The position numbers and the translations under genes were made by a program. Below the pieces are notes generated by a model that worked only from the letters and a program-made list of their open reading frames with translations, was not told the origin of the DNA and searched no databases. A stretch of 61,854 nucleotides of DNA, the filler included, from Sphacelaria rigidula (lineage: Eukaryota): the NCBI GenBank assembly GCA_964200075.2. It is 6 parts of 6 records of this genome, joined end to end, with 100 filler letters (N's around TTAATTAATTAA, not from the genome) between each part and the next. Parts side by side here need not be neighbours in the genome. Positions count along the whole stretch, not along the records: positions 30,979 to 41,204 come from CAXNAA020006896.1; positions 41,305 to 51,529 come from CAXNAA020006897.1; 4 more parts are not named here. One strand, 5' to 3'. This document shows, in pieces, positions 37,256 to 49,370 of this stretch; positions within the stretch are counted from its first letter, which is position 1; each line of letters starts with the position of its first letter.

Positions 37256-37561
37256 TCAACAATGCACAAGTATATATTTCTGTTCTGAAATAGACACTGC
37301 TCCGTGCGTGCTTGCTATCAGACATGATTTCGGGGGCAGCAGTCCCGACATGCCTCGACCGGCCCCACCACGGCATCGTTTCTTGTGCTTACACACGTGT
37401 AGATACCTAGCAGCTCTACTCTCCTCGCTACGTTTCCCACGCTTTCGGCGACGATTACCTGGTGCCCCTGCCGCGGGCTGTTCAGCGGCGGCAAATTTTG
37501 CCGTTGGAAAAAACTCCGTCGGGAAAAATTCCGCCGCATCAGGGTTTAGTGCCGTCATCAT
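37256..37561 (-). CDS. Short ORF with PAM2-like motif and basic tract (gene start or retroelement ORF fragment)
   Basis: MMTALNPDAAEFFPTEFFPT...NRRRKRGKRS. LNxxAxEFxP is the PAM2 consensus. Confidence 0.35.
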   Translation of the reverse strand: MMTALNPDAAEFFPTEFFPTAKFAAAEQPAAGAPGNRRRKRGKRSEESRAARYLHVCKHKKRCRGGAGRGMSGLLPPKSCLIASTHGAVSISEQKYILVHC

Positions 37562-38614
37562 CGTCGAGCGCAAGCAGCAGGTAGGACAGCAAGGCGGTTG
37601 CTACGCTATTACTGCTGTTGCTGTTGTTACTACTGCTGTCGACGATGATGTCTTTTCTACACTTGAATAATGATAAATAGAGAATGATGAAATTCATCAT
37701 ATCTGATGTCTGCTACTTGTACAGACATACAAATCCCTGGTACCATCTGTTACCCTCCCTCCCCCCCCTTCCCCCCCTCCCTGACAGAGCCCCCCTACCC
37801 CCGCGCGCATCGTATCCCGCCCCTCCGAAAAGCCCGTAAGAATACGAAACCCTCAGTGCCCTAAATATTTATTTCTACTGTAGTCTATTCATGCTGTCTT
37901 TTTGCGTTGAAGGTTACAGCTGGTGGATGCCATGAGGTGGAGATATGTGCAGCACTGTGTTGGGGAGGTGTACTATATCAACTGCCGTCATGAGCGAGAT
38001 GTCGTGGGTAACCGTAGTTAGTTTTAGTTCCAGCGTCGTGTTGTATTTTTGGTTCTCAGTCGAATTTTCATCACAAATGAATTGAAAATGACCGAAGATA
38101 TATCCCGCCGTAAAATAGCACAGTCAGCAGTTGCTGTTCCTCGAGAAGAAAGGAAGGTTGCCTCGAAATTCCGCATCTTGCCGTCTCTCCGCTACTTGTA
38201 CTGCGCTGTATTTGCAAGCTGCATTCATTGAATTAATCTCCATGTCACGTGCAGCAGAAGTATCCGTCGTGACAAGCTTATTTTATCATAGAAGGGGAGC
38301 GAGAATTGAAAGAGAAATGAAATTTTCCACCCGTTGACCGCCAGGAGCGGTGCTCCAAGGGCATCTCTTCTGAGACTTCGAATTTCTTTTGGTCGGATTT
38401 TCAGTCTTGGGACCTTGGGTATCTGACAGTTTTCGGACCCAAATAGGGAAAGGCAGAGTTGTGCGCCAGACGCGCTCGAGTGGGCATGGCCTTTGATGCG
38501 AACAATGGATTGAATAGGTTTGGATGGTTTTCATGTTGTTCCGGGCTGGGAAGACAGGGCGAGTATCGCCGTGGCGTGACTAACTAGTCCACGTATCTTT
38601 CGATTCGCTTGACT

Positions 38615-38971
38615 CCAAGGTTTCGAGGTTTCGATAATGGATAATTGCCTCTAAACTATCCAACAACTGGACATGGAGTAGTATTTCTGTTGAATTTTTC
38701 GGGAATCTCGAGTTAGAGAAACCTCTCTTGAATAAAGAATATGGTGCGTTGTTGATACCGGCATGACAGATGAGAGGTATCTCAAACCTCAAACTCGAGG
38801 TTCCCGATCGACATGTTGACTATAAATTACTGTGAAATATACCGTGAATCTCGAGTTTGAGAAACGTCTCTACTCGTAATATTAGTAGAGGTATCTCAAA
38901 CTCGATATTCCCGGTGAATTTCACAGTATTTTACAGATGAAGATATCAGGAACCTCGAGTTTGAGAAACCC
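38615..38971. mobile_element. Tandem cluster of 2-3 short palindromic MITEs
   Basis: Units AGAGGTATCTCAAACTCGA..TCGAGTTTGAGAAAC at 38773-38874 and 38884-38971, with a partial unit upstream. Same family as 11249-11330. Confidence 0.7.
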
Positions 38972-39040
38972 TTAGTGATCTCCGGAGCTCCAAGCCCCTC
39001 GCGCTCTCGCGCTCTCGCGCGTATTCCGCTTCCAATAATC

Positions 39041-39108
39041 GATCATCCCCGGAATCGAACCCAGTATCTTTTGTTATGCCCAAAAATATTGCCCATGGCC
39101 AACTCGGC
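39041..39108 (-). mobile_element. tRNA-derived SINE head (second family)
   Basis: The minus strand reads GCCGAGTTGGCC...GGGTTCGATTCCGG, a perfect B-box. Confidence 0.5.
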
Positions 39109-41204
39109 GTCGGAAGTACGACTCGTTCAAGATCGTGTTTCAACTTACAGAACAGCTACAAGCAAGAGATACGTCAAGTACATGTATGTCAGTTGTCTCC
39201 GCTGTGCCGTACTCGTCCAGTACATGGTGCTATGCTTTACTTTCCCACAACTGTTGCAAGTGGTACGCACGTTGGCAGCCACTCATTACCACTATACTGC
39301 TGCGACACGAGCAAACACGGTATTATCGGTGTATCATCATAATGTGATTGTGCTTCGATAGTCTCGCATTTTCGCGGGGCAGTGCTTGCGCACCTAGGGC
39401 ATCTTAACGACGTTGAACGCGTGCATGACACATCTTCTAAACTCTGTACTGCTGTGGCTTGGTTGCCGTACGTAGACTTTTTTTTCACGTAGCGCTGCTT
39501 GGCGGCTGAATACGACAGTAAATAGTACAATCAGTGCGCCATCGCTCTCCACTACACGGGGTATGCCTATTTATCTATTTGCTTAGCGGTCAACATCAGA
39601 ATGTACAGTGCAGTGTGCAGCTGTCTTGTCTTGGCAGCAAAAGAAGGAGAAGGCGGGTGATAAAAGACGGGAAATCCTCATGGGACAAACAATGGCACCT
39701 AGTTTCTTCGTCTGGTTCCATGGCTGAGACGAGCTCGTACGGAAGCCATTCAAAATCAAAATTTTGCTCGGTTTTGATCGTTTTTTTTTCCGCCGCGATT
39801 TCGAGTGGAGAAAAAAGCATACAGTACCTTATTTTGGCACGAAGTCGAAGTTACCACCTACACACACACGCAACTGCACATCAGCACTCGAGAAAGACAC
39901 AACGGGTGACAGTCATCACGTGACTTTTTCAACCTTGTATAGGCAGCACTTAGTTCTCACCCCAAATCTGCACACGTCGCAGAGCTCATCATGAGCTACC
40001 TCAAGTAGCTAATCGAAGTGGACACTCAGATTCGCTGACCAGAAGCACCAGACATTTGACAGCGGGGTCCAAGGAGTCATGGCGGTACCTTTACGCTACT
40101 TGGCATGCTCGGCGTCCGACGTTGTAGGGAACGAACATAGAAAAAAGGGGCCAAGTGAACTAGCTCACGACCCGGATCCGAACACTAATATGAAGTGATG
40201 TTCAGGTAGCTCATGAGCTGTCCGGCGCGCAATTATGTACCGACCGAAACACAGCAGCAGTACACTGCACCGAGCGAGACATGACAACAGTACAGCAGTT
40301 CAGGCAATCCCCAGCGCAGATCAAACTGCCTTCGCAGGGTTCAAGCGCATCATATTGCAGTGACAGCTAGACAGCAGGAAGGGCTGGGTACGAAGCGCAA
40401 CGCTTGTCGCGAAAGACTCAACATCCAACAAATATATCGTGGCATTTTCAGCTTCAACAAGACTGCACTGCGCGCCGACTACAATTGCACTGTACGTACG
40501 GAGCGGAACGCAACAACAGTACAGCAGCTCAGACAACCTACGACGTAGGGGAGTCAAACCGTCTTCACAAGGTCTTAACAGACCACAGTAAAGTGACAGC
40601 TACAGCATAGCACATGAGAGAGGGCGTAAGTATGTTTGTGCTTTAGGGCCGTTATTATCGACACAGTTTTTTGGGAGATCGTCCTAATTTTGGGCGTTTT
40701 CGCACCTTCTCCCAAAATGAAGCGGCGAGATTTTTTCGCCAAGCCTTCACGTTTGGCGAAAGTCCGATTTTTCGCACCCCAGCACAATACTCTGCAGAGC
40801 TGCCCTTGGCGCACGCCGTGGCGCTCGCAAGCATGCGACAGTCATCAGGAACCTTGCCAGTGACACCCTGGGCTATGTCGTAGAGTAAAAAGTCCCGGGG
40901 GTAGCCGTATCTATCTCCTTAAACGGTGTGTGCCCCAGCAGCGGTGTTGGAGCTTTTGGGGTAAAGCACGGTGGTCGTCGTTTGCAGACATACGCACTTT
41001 CGAAGTGAAAAGCAGAAACAATCCAGTAGCTATCCGCTTGCCTGCTGTGCTACTACGTGTGTACGCTACCGCACCGTCTGAAAAGTGTATAGCTGGTGGT
41101 TTAATTGGGTGTATCTGCGCATACAACTCACAGGAAGCAAGCATGCTGCAATCTATCTACGGGGCTTTCTACAGTCGGTATTTTTAGTCATGTGTGCTGC
41201 TCCA

Positions 41205-41304
41205 NNNNNNNNNNNNNNNNNNNNNNNNNNNNNNNNNNNNNNNNNNNNTTAATTAATTAANNNNNNNNNNNNNNNNNNNNNNNNNNNNNNNNNNNNNNNN
41301 NNNN
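41205..41304. other. Artificial contig spacer
   Basis: N44-TTAATTAATTAA-N44. Confidence 0.98.
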
Positions 41305-42041
41305 AGGCCAGAAGAGCTGGGGAGTCCCTCAACAGCATTTAGACGCTGCAGTACTAGCAGACCTGCTAGCGTCACAAACCCCAAAATTTAAAATCGGCTA
41401 TTTAATGCTGGAATGTCGGTATATACCTCGCAAATGTATCCACACAGCTCATAAAAACCCGGTCGTCCAATGTCTACCAAAACAAGACCATGTAGGATCG
41501 TTTAAATAAAAAACGCGAAAAAATCTCATCGCGGTTTGTATTCTATAGAGCTATATATATATATATATATATACTTTGATGGGGATATATAATCACAACA
41601 ATAAACTGTATACTGCACTGTACTAACACTACCATGCGGGACTGTGCCATACCGTGCTTACACATCAGGTGTTTTATATTGTAGAGTGAGCGCGGCATAT
41701 GCACTACGTATGGCCATGCAATGTGAATGCTGCAGCTTATTTTGATATATGGGGGTGTTATATACCGTCAGGAACTACAGTTCACACGCGTATTCTATCG
41801 CATGAAGCACATATGCGCACAACTGCAGCACGCAGTGAGTACGGCGTGAAAGGGAAGCGGGAGCAGTACAGTACAGACAGCGCAAGACTACATAACAGTG
41901 GGGCCTGGAAAATGAGGTCGATCTCAAAAATGAGGTTCAAGTGGCATATTTTTTTTCCAGGGAAGACGCGAAACAGTTATACAGAGCGAAACCATATTTC
42001 CCCTTTAAACTCTGCAGCAGCAGTGAATCAGTTGTGGCTAG

Positions 42042-42532
42042 GTGCACCGAACGAGTGCGGTGTACACGCGTGTCGATGACGATATCACCAGAGAGAGAAG
42101 CAACGACAGAGAGGAAGCTCCTCGCCCGTGTCTTTTGTGTGTCCTCGCTCGACGAGTACCAATTGCTCGAGAGACTGGCAGCATCGATGTTACCAGCATA
42201 TACCCAAGTTTCCATGTGCCGGTACGCATGTTATTATGTCGCTGCACATAGCCCCCCGAAGAACATCGAGCTGCGGAGTTTCGTCTCTTCTTGCCTGTGG
42301 AGCTCACCAATGCGAACATCGATTCCTCTCTGCCTCTCTTCTTGGGCAGGATGCGCCTCTGTGCGCTGAAGAACATGTCGTTGAAAAACAGGGCAATGTT
42401 CCCGTCACCGCTACCACTGTTCTCTGTCACACACTTGCAAGCAAGGGCGGTGCTGCGGCCGCAACAAATAGATTCAATTTGAACTTGGGGGGTGTTATTC
42501 ATCGTTGTTTTACCCGACTTGTGACCATCTAG
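42042..42532 (+). CDS. Two putative 3' exons (42042-42221, 42350-42532) of an unknown gene
   Basis: TAG acceptor, GTACGC donor and a pyrimidine-rich CAG acceptor. Phases 0/0 are compatible and open to the stop. Confidence 0.35.
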
Positions 42533-43383
42533 GCACCCGACCACAAGAGCGTGGCACATGCCAGTTGGGGTGTGCGTGTGGGGGAGATCAAACACTTGTG
42601 GAGACTTTCTTGACATGCGGAGTGAAAAAAAATACCAATGGTAGTGACCTAACTGTTGCTAGCGTGGTGCAGAGGGGTGCGGCAATGCTGCAATCTGAAG
42701 TTTTCGTTGCTCTACTCTACTGACTGCCGTCTGGATAACAACATGTATGTACCCAATTTCGGAACAGCTATAGGAACAAACAGTTCTATTTTATAAACTA
42801 CGTCCACATGATTGAAATGACTCTTCTTGTTGTCTGAGGAACTGTGGCTTCCCCGTCCCCCCGCCAGATATGAAAAAAGGACGACAGAGTTTTTGCGAGT
42901 GCATGTGACACTCATTGGGGAACAGAGAGTTTCTCCTGTATGAAAAACCTCCTTTTCTCACCTGCAAACCGCTTTATGCCCGTTGGTTTCTGAAATCAAC
43001 TTTAAACTCTCGATTTATGTTCGGTTCTGAAGTGATCGGAATATGTCAATGCCAGCAAAGTTTGGTAGTGCTGTTCGACAGTGTCTTCGCAGGTTTGGCC
43101 GGACCCAAAGCGACTACTTCCCTCAGGTAACACAGGGTGCTGATCTACTCCGCGATATCAAAATTCAAGGCGTGCACCTGGGAAGAGAGATTGATTAAGT
43201 TGATCTCTTGACACCGCTGATCGTCCCGAGAGAGGGGATGAGGGTATTAGAGTGTGACGACGAACGCAAATAAAAACTGATATCACTCCGTATTGCAATA
43301 TCAATGGTACCGCACCACGACGGCTTCGAGGTACCAACGTCTTGCGAGCTTGTTGACAAAGAATATGTTGACCATACACAGAG

Positions 43384-43715
43384 CCGGTCGCCCCCGTGGC
43401 GCAGTTGGTAACCTCGAACCTTCTGACGCTTAGGTCTTGCGTTTGAATCTCGGAACAGTGCTCAACGCTGGAGAGCGACTTTGTCGTGAGTGCACAAAAT
43501 TCGACTTAATGGTCGACGAGGGAAGGGGACTGCTGAACCCCTCTCGCGATAAAAAATGAAGGCAAGCACCGCAGAAGGAAGACGGAAACCGAAAACAAAC
43601 AGAAAAGAAAAAACTCCTGTGATGGTCTTCCTCCTGCGTGACCCCGGCTGATGCGGCCACATATACCGAAAGGTGTAGACCGTCCAGAATAGATGGGACG
43701 ACAACACACGCACAC
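43384..43715 (+). mobile_element. Full-length tRNA-derived SINE
   Basis: A-box TGGCGCAGTTGG (43397-43408), B-box-like GTTTGAATC (43441), a body shared with 45780 and 641, and a (CA)n tail. Confidence 0.85.
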
Positions 43716-44422
43716 TCTGATATGGTCAAGTCCTAAACCGAGGTATACAGGTAAGCGTCCGGCAAGAGGGGTAAGTATGATGTCCCGAGTGGAGTGTTCA
43801 CTGGTAGAGGTCAGATCACCTGGGTGCAGGTAATATCCAAATCGCGCCCTGCGCACGCTGTGCGGGCACATGCGACTGCCAGCCCCCAAAAGATGGGAGT
43901 GTAGTTCACAGTAAAAAGCATGTGCTTGAAATTTGCCGACCAGTTTGCGCTTTTATTGGCGGCTTCTCTTTCTTTGGCTGCGGCACAGCAGGCCTGCAGG
44001 ATCTTTCGTTGACGCTTTTCATACAGAAACACAGTTGACCCCGTTTGCGATGTAGGATATTATGAGATGTTTTCATTTTGTTGATATATTACACATAATG
44101 TTCAAGTTGTGATATTATCGACTAAATGGACCAGCACTACAAACACTCGTCAATACACCACATTAGGTCCATTTCAGCGCCTGATTCGCGTGCCTGTGAT
44201 AGCAAAATCCCCCCGGAGCATGGTCAGCACCTTCTGTGACGATTTGATTTACTCACCATCGTACACCTCTGAACTGGGATCGTTGTATGTACATTAGTAT
44301 GCTTAGACACCACAGGGTTCAACAGACCTACGAACACATGCCACAAGATACTTCATGAAATCACGAGGAATTCAACCACAACAGAGAACAATAGCCTGCC
44401 ACTTCAACAAAAGCGGGCAAAT

Positions 44423-44632
44423 TTAACTGGTTCGACCGCGGGTGATGACGAGGGCTTCTCGACTGTGGCCCTTGAAAAAACGGTCGGTAATCTGCGTGCA
44501 TCCCCACAGACTGAGGGACCGCAGACGGGGACAAGCATCGACCAAGTGTCCCAGCCCGTCGTTGGTGACTGCACGGCAAAAGGACAGATCCAGCGACTCC
44601 AGAGACGAAGAGCAGTATCGTGCCAAAGCGAC
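44423..44632 (-). CDS. Rad7/Rhp7-like LRR protein, last exon
   Basis: VALARYCSSSLESLDLSFCRAVTNDGLGHLVDACPRLRSLSLWGCTQITDRFFKGHSREALVI*. Cys-containing LRRs and the GCTQIT..F..GHS C-terminus typical of Rad7-like proteins. Confidence 0.85.
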   Translation of the reverse strand, partial: VALARYCSSSLESLDLSFCRAVTNDGLGHLVDACPRLRSLSLWGCTQITDRFFKGHSREALVITRGRTS

Positions 44633-44943
44633 CTGCAGGGGGGGAACGAGACATGCAGATGCGTTGTGACAGTGGAAGCATGAACAGCGGGTTGGGCATC
44701 ACACCAGGAGAGGGAATATGACGCCCGCACAAATGGCTTGTCACCACAGTTACAGCTTAATCAACTGACAAATGAGCTCAGCAAGAAAACGGCCAATTCA
44801 CACAAGGAGAGCAATTTGGTGGATCACCACATTGGATGGACTCAAAGCAAATTGAACAAGTTTGTGGAACACGGGACATCCGCATGGTTGATGGATCATG
44901 GGACCGACAACTCGTTTCACAGTAGTTAGATTTTGGAGGTACT

Positions 44944-45190
44944 GGTTGATTGGCTGATCGACTGTCGAATATTCACCGAACCACTGCGAACCATTGTCAC
45001 GAAGTAGACGTACCCGAGTGAGGTGAACCGAAACCCTCGCAAGAGGAAAACTCGATAAAACAACAGACAGAGAGGACAACGGAAGAAGAAACAGTAAAAA
45101 GTACTGGCGAAGACGCGTTTGGGTCTGTGTCTCGCATTTCTACGAGTGGACACCCGGAGGGGCGCGTCGCTGAAACTTGACGCGTTTAGC
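44944..45190 (-). mobile_element. Retroposon (LINE-like) 3' end in an intron
   Basis: The reverse complement TACGTCTAC..GTGAC..CGACAGTCGATCAGCCAATCAA resembles 50935-51019. Confidence 0.45.
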
Positions 45191-45492
45191 AACAGTATTC
45201 AAGACAAAATGACGGGCTACAAAACGTGACACCAAATGGAGACCGGCTAGTGGGATCAACGCACGACTGGTACCAGGATAACGGGGTAGGTGCTTGACAG
45301 CACATGACCGACTGTTGTGCAGCACCGCTATCGTTCGATTCTTGCAGCTTACATGGGCAAGATAATCGCGCGCAGATGCTGCCCATCGCACTTGTGGTGC
45401 TGTATGTTTTTTTATCAAATTCAGCATACGCTGTGGCTGCACAGCAGGGTCTCACTTCAGGTCGACCCTACCGACGGTTCATTCGTGCTCAC

Positions 45493-45570
45493 CATGCTGT
45501 TGTCCGTCACCAGCGCTGCTCCCTTTAGATCCAAAACCTGGAGGCTGTCGGAGCAAGCGGCAGCCATGGC
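45493..45570 (-). CDS. Rad7-like LRR protein exon
   Basis: AMAAACSDSLQVLDLKGAALVTDNSM. CAG acceptor and GTGAGC donor, 78 nt, phase 0-0. Confidence 0.8.
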
Positions 45571-45779
45571 CTGCCCAATCCGTGACAAGACGGAGGCCAG
45601 CGGCGACGATAAAGGTTGGTTTGAACCGGAAGCGATCACACGACAAGAAACATAATGAGGACAAAATAGGAGCAGAATGCTGTACGGAAAACACTGCGGG
45701 ATCACAGCGTGGCAATCGTCCGTGGGGCAAAACCGACCAGCCTTGCCCCGAACCTCCATCGGCGGTACAACAGACAGAT

Positions 45780-46084
45780 GGTCTACCCGGTGGCTCAGTT
45801 GTTAACCGCGAATGTTTCTCATGGTTGGGTCGTGGGTTCGAATCTAGGTGCAGTCACACGATATAGGATTTTTTCTCACACAATGCCCAACGGTGAAGAG
45901 CGAGTATGTCGTGGGGGTGATGAAAAAAATGAGGCAAGCACCGCGGAGGGAAGGTGGAGTACTGAAACAAAATAAAAATAGAAACCCCTATGTTGGCCTT
46001 CCTCCCGTGTGACCCCGGTTGATGCGCCCACACACGCCGAAAGGTGTAGACTGGCGTCCAGAATCGATGGGATGACAAACACAC
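45780..46084 (+). mobile_element. Full-length tRNA-derived SINE in an intron
   Basis: A-box TGGCTCAGTTG (45791), B-box GGTTCGAATC (45835), and the shared body and tail. Confidence 0.85.
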
Positions 46085-46376
46085 TGCAATCGCCTACCGG
46101 GGCAGGAACCTATAGGCGCAAAACAATCCCTACACATGAGCAGTGGGGTCACGACAACTTCGAGACTTGTTATCGTGGATGCGGTAAGGAAGAAGTGTAG
46201 GGGGATGAGACCTTGCGCGGGGGACGCAACGTGTCTCTGGGCAAAATAGGGTAGGACTTGAGCCTGATGCAGGATATTTCAGCGTCACGTAAAGCGAGAC
46301 AGCCGGCCCACGATGAAAAGCACCGGGTCACAATTCCTCCTGCGGTTAGTTTGTATGTCCAGATTAAACTCCTCAC

Positions 46377-46868
46377 CATCACAGCCCCGTCGTCCATCGC
46401 CACGAGGCCTCGCAGCGACACATTCGTCAATCTAGACTTCAGCATGGCGTGCCCATCTTTTTTGGCTGGCCTCTTCACACCTGCGGCACTCCCCGCGGAC
46501 GATTCGTGGTCATGATCAACTTCGCCTCCTGATGATTTGGAGTCACCATTGAGTCGACCTTCTTCAACTTCTGCTGCATCCACCGACATTTCCTCCGTTT
46601 CTTGGGTCTCCACCATTTCGTCACCGTCTTCGAATTCCTCGACATCCTCAGTCGGTAAAGGTTCCGCCGCCTTGGATTTGCCTTTGGCCTTTCCTTTCCC
46701 TTTGCCTCTCGTGCCATTTTGTTGAATGCAATCATCATTACTTGGCGTATAGGCTGCACCCGGCACTGCATTTTGGCCAGGTGCAGAGCCGGGGCCATTT
46801 ACCTTTTTGGCCTCTTCGTGACCAACATACGATGCAACATCCGCTGCGCTTCCACTGTACTGAAACAG
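46377..46868 (-). CDS. Rad7-like LRR protein exon with acidic low-complexity insert
   Basis: LFQYSGSAAD...GKGKGKAKGK...EDVEEFEDGDE...SRLTNVSLRGLVAMDDGAVM. GTGAGG donor, phase 0-0. An alternative acceptor gives a start at 46859. Confidence 0.75.
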
Positions 46869-47626
46869 CTGTAAGACACACCCGAGCGGTGTGAAGTAGC
46901 AGGAGTACAGCGCACGCGGCCGGACATCGAATAGGACGGGACTGGTGTGAGCAGAGACTAGGATTCTTTCTCTTCTATCGCGACTCGGTTCGCCAAGATT
47001 CATCTCGACATGCAAGTCGCGTTCCTAGCAGCTACTTCCATGTGCGGGTCGACTCAGCAACAACTGGAGCATGATTCTCCAGTCGTGATATCAGGAAAAA
47101 CGAAGGGGGGAACGAGTTCATGCGCTACAGTGCGTCGCTGTCGTGCTAACATCTTGCAAGATTTCAGGTGACACCAGCGTCCTGCCCTGAAGAACGTAGA
47201 GGGCGTAGCCAATTCAGTTTAGAACAACGAATACCAGTGACAAGCTCCTAAATAAGGGGCGTGAAGCGCACTTTCGTTGGAACTGTGCATGAAACATCAT
47301 GTTGTTCGGGGTCGGTCGGGCGTCCCAGATGAGCCAATATGCGCCGCGAGTAAGCAGGATGACGCGATAGACCGAAATAACAAATTCGTACGCTTGCCAT
47401 TTCCATTATTTTCATGTTCATGCACCGCCCCCTCGCGACGAGCTCGTACTCGCCGACAGTTTCCCGGCATTGAGTCGCGAACAAGTACGTGCTGTAAACA
47501 CTGGGCTGTTCTAAACATCCCCTTAACACTATCAGGTCCCAACGGGTGCACCGCACGAGTAAAACTCGGGTTCGTCAGATGGGGTGAAATAAAACGCTAC
47601 GCCACCGTACCGCATTACGAACTCAC

Positions 47627-47785
47627 TTGCTGCATGGCGCCACCGGAGAGGAGAGAGCACATCCCCACCTTCAGCGACTCCAACACGTCGCACTTCTCGC
47701 CGATCACGCGTAGGCTAGCGTCCGTGAGTTTCTCACAGTCGTACAAGTCCAGATGACGGAGAGTTTTACCGCAGGCGGAAAGAGC
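47627..47785 (-). CDS. Rad7-like LRR protein exon
   Basis: ALSACGKTLRHLDLYDCEKLTDASLRVIGEKCDVLESLKVGMCSLLSGGAMQQ. CAG acceptor and GTGAGT donor, 159 nt. Confidence 0.85.
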
Positions 47786-48126
47786 CTGTGAACGTCCAAA
47801 CCAGGGCACCAAGATGTTTTGTCCATGATAAAGTTGCTGTTCTGCGATGTGGCCCTTGCGGGGGTTAAGGGATAGATGGTTCGATTTCTCGAGAACACGG
47901 CCTCGTTCCGAGGGGAGAAGGAGAGCGGTGAAAGCACGAAGAAGCAAATGCTGAAAATCAGGTACCAAAGGGGATATACATTGATCGCATGAGGCTACTG
48001 ACTTGTCCCGAGGCGAGGCGGGTATTGAAAGCACGACGGAAACAAACCAAAAAAAAAAGTGCATCACACGTTGACCATGTATAGACAAGGTGCTAGAGAG
48101 GGTCAGCCACTGCACCAATATCTGAC

Positions 48127-48240
48127 CTGAGCGAGGGCTTCGTCTGTCAGCTGTGTAAGTCCTTGCAGGGACAGGCTCTCGAGAGAAGCCATGTTGTTCA
48201 GGGGGGAGAGCTCATCAGCATTCAGCTGCTTGCATTCCGC
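48127..48240 (-). CDS. Rad7-like LRR protein exon
   Basis: AECKQLNADELSPLNNMASLESLSLQGLTQLTDEALAQ. CAG acceptor and GTCAGA donor, 114 nt. Confidence 0.8.
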
Positions 48241-49129
48241 CTGCTTGATTAAATATCACAATGCCCAGTCAAATACGAAACACGTGGATATCGAACGAGA
48301 AAAATGAATGTGCATGGGTGGCAACATAACGATGGGGACAGTCAACACGAGAGGACAAAAAAGAGAGCAAGCGGATAAGTAGCAGGGTGCAAGATAGGCA
48401 AGAAAGAAAAACAAGAGACGTGAGCTGGTTGGAGCTGACAACCTTCAATGTCTTGTAGCTGTTTCGGAAATCAAGACCGTCGTTCGGTGGACATAAGAAA
48501 TACTGCCCATCCGAATCGATACATGTCGTGCCATACGCTTTGGCCTCACCGCATCCACTCCTCACGTATGAGACACTGAGAAATGCATCAACACTGTTGT
48601 TCTGCAGAGATAAGAGTTGCCTACACCGTGAAAATGTATCGTGTTTTTCATTACGCCTTGCCACGCCTCACACTTACAGGTAACCACACACAAGCGTGCT
48701 TGGAGTTAGCTCACTCCCATAATGGCAAGTGCCTGCGTCTCTCATAGCGCAAATCGATACTTGAACATTCAAGTGAGCCAAAACACGATATGACCACTTT
48801 ACAACAATCACCACGACTAACAACACGACAGCTACAGGCCACACCATGCCCTCACACTCCGTAGCCTCTCCACTTGGACATTCCGGTACGGCAAGCAAGG
48901 CAGCTGACTGTGACCGTTGGTGTGTCTAGAAGAGTTTGAGTCATGATAACATGGTCTTGCCGCACAGCGGCATTGAAAACACACGAAAGAACGCCATATG
49001 AATAATCCCTACACTATATATATATATATATGTAAGCAGCATTTCTTGAAAATAGTTGGCTGGGTTTGTTTGATGTGAGTTGACGCGGTGCGGGAGTGCT
49101 TATCCAATCCGCATTTCACACTGTGAGGT

Positions 49130-49370
49130 GCTGCACATGGACGTGGTGCTGGTTGCCCTGCATTGTACCGTGCCGCTGCTGCGTGTACAGGGGAGTACCG
49201 TACGGTGCGGTGCATCGCAGCACACTACAGATGGTGTACAACCACGTCGCCACGGTGCCGTACTGCACTGAACTGCACTACACTGTATCAGCCGTGCAGT
49301 GCAGTGCCCTGGGCTGGGTTGTACCCTCCCGTACCGCGGGTACGTACTCTTGTACTCTACATACTGCATT
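49130..49370. repeat. Low-complexity GTAC/GCACT repeat
   Basis: Recurrent TACCG/GCACT/GTGCA pentamers. Confidence 0.5.

Noticed and set aside
38615..38971. CRISPR- or REP-like array
   Set aside because: The repeats alternate in orientation, the spacers are related to each other, there are no cas genes, and the context is eukaryotic.
40330..40500. ATIYLLD as an ABC Walker B motif
   Set aside because: No signature motif upstream and no D-loop downstream.
43384..43460. Functional tRNA gene (also 29008, 39041, 45780)
   Set aside because: A and B boxes are present but there is no complete cloverleaf, and two of them continue into a shared SINE body.
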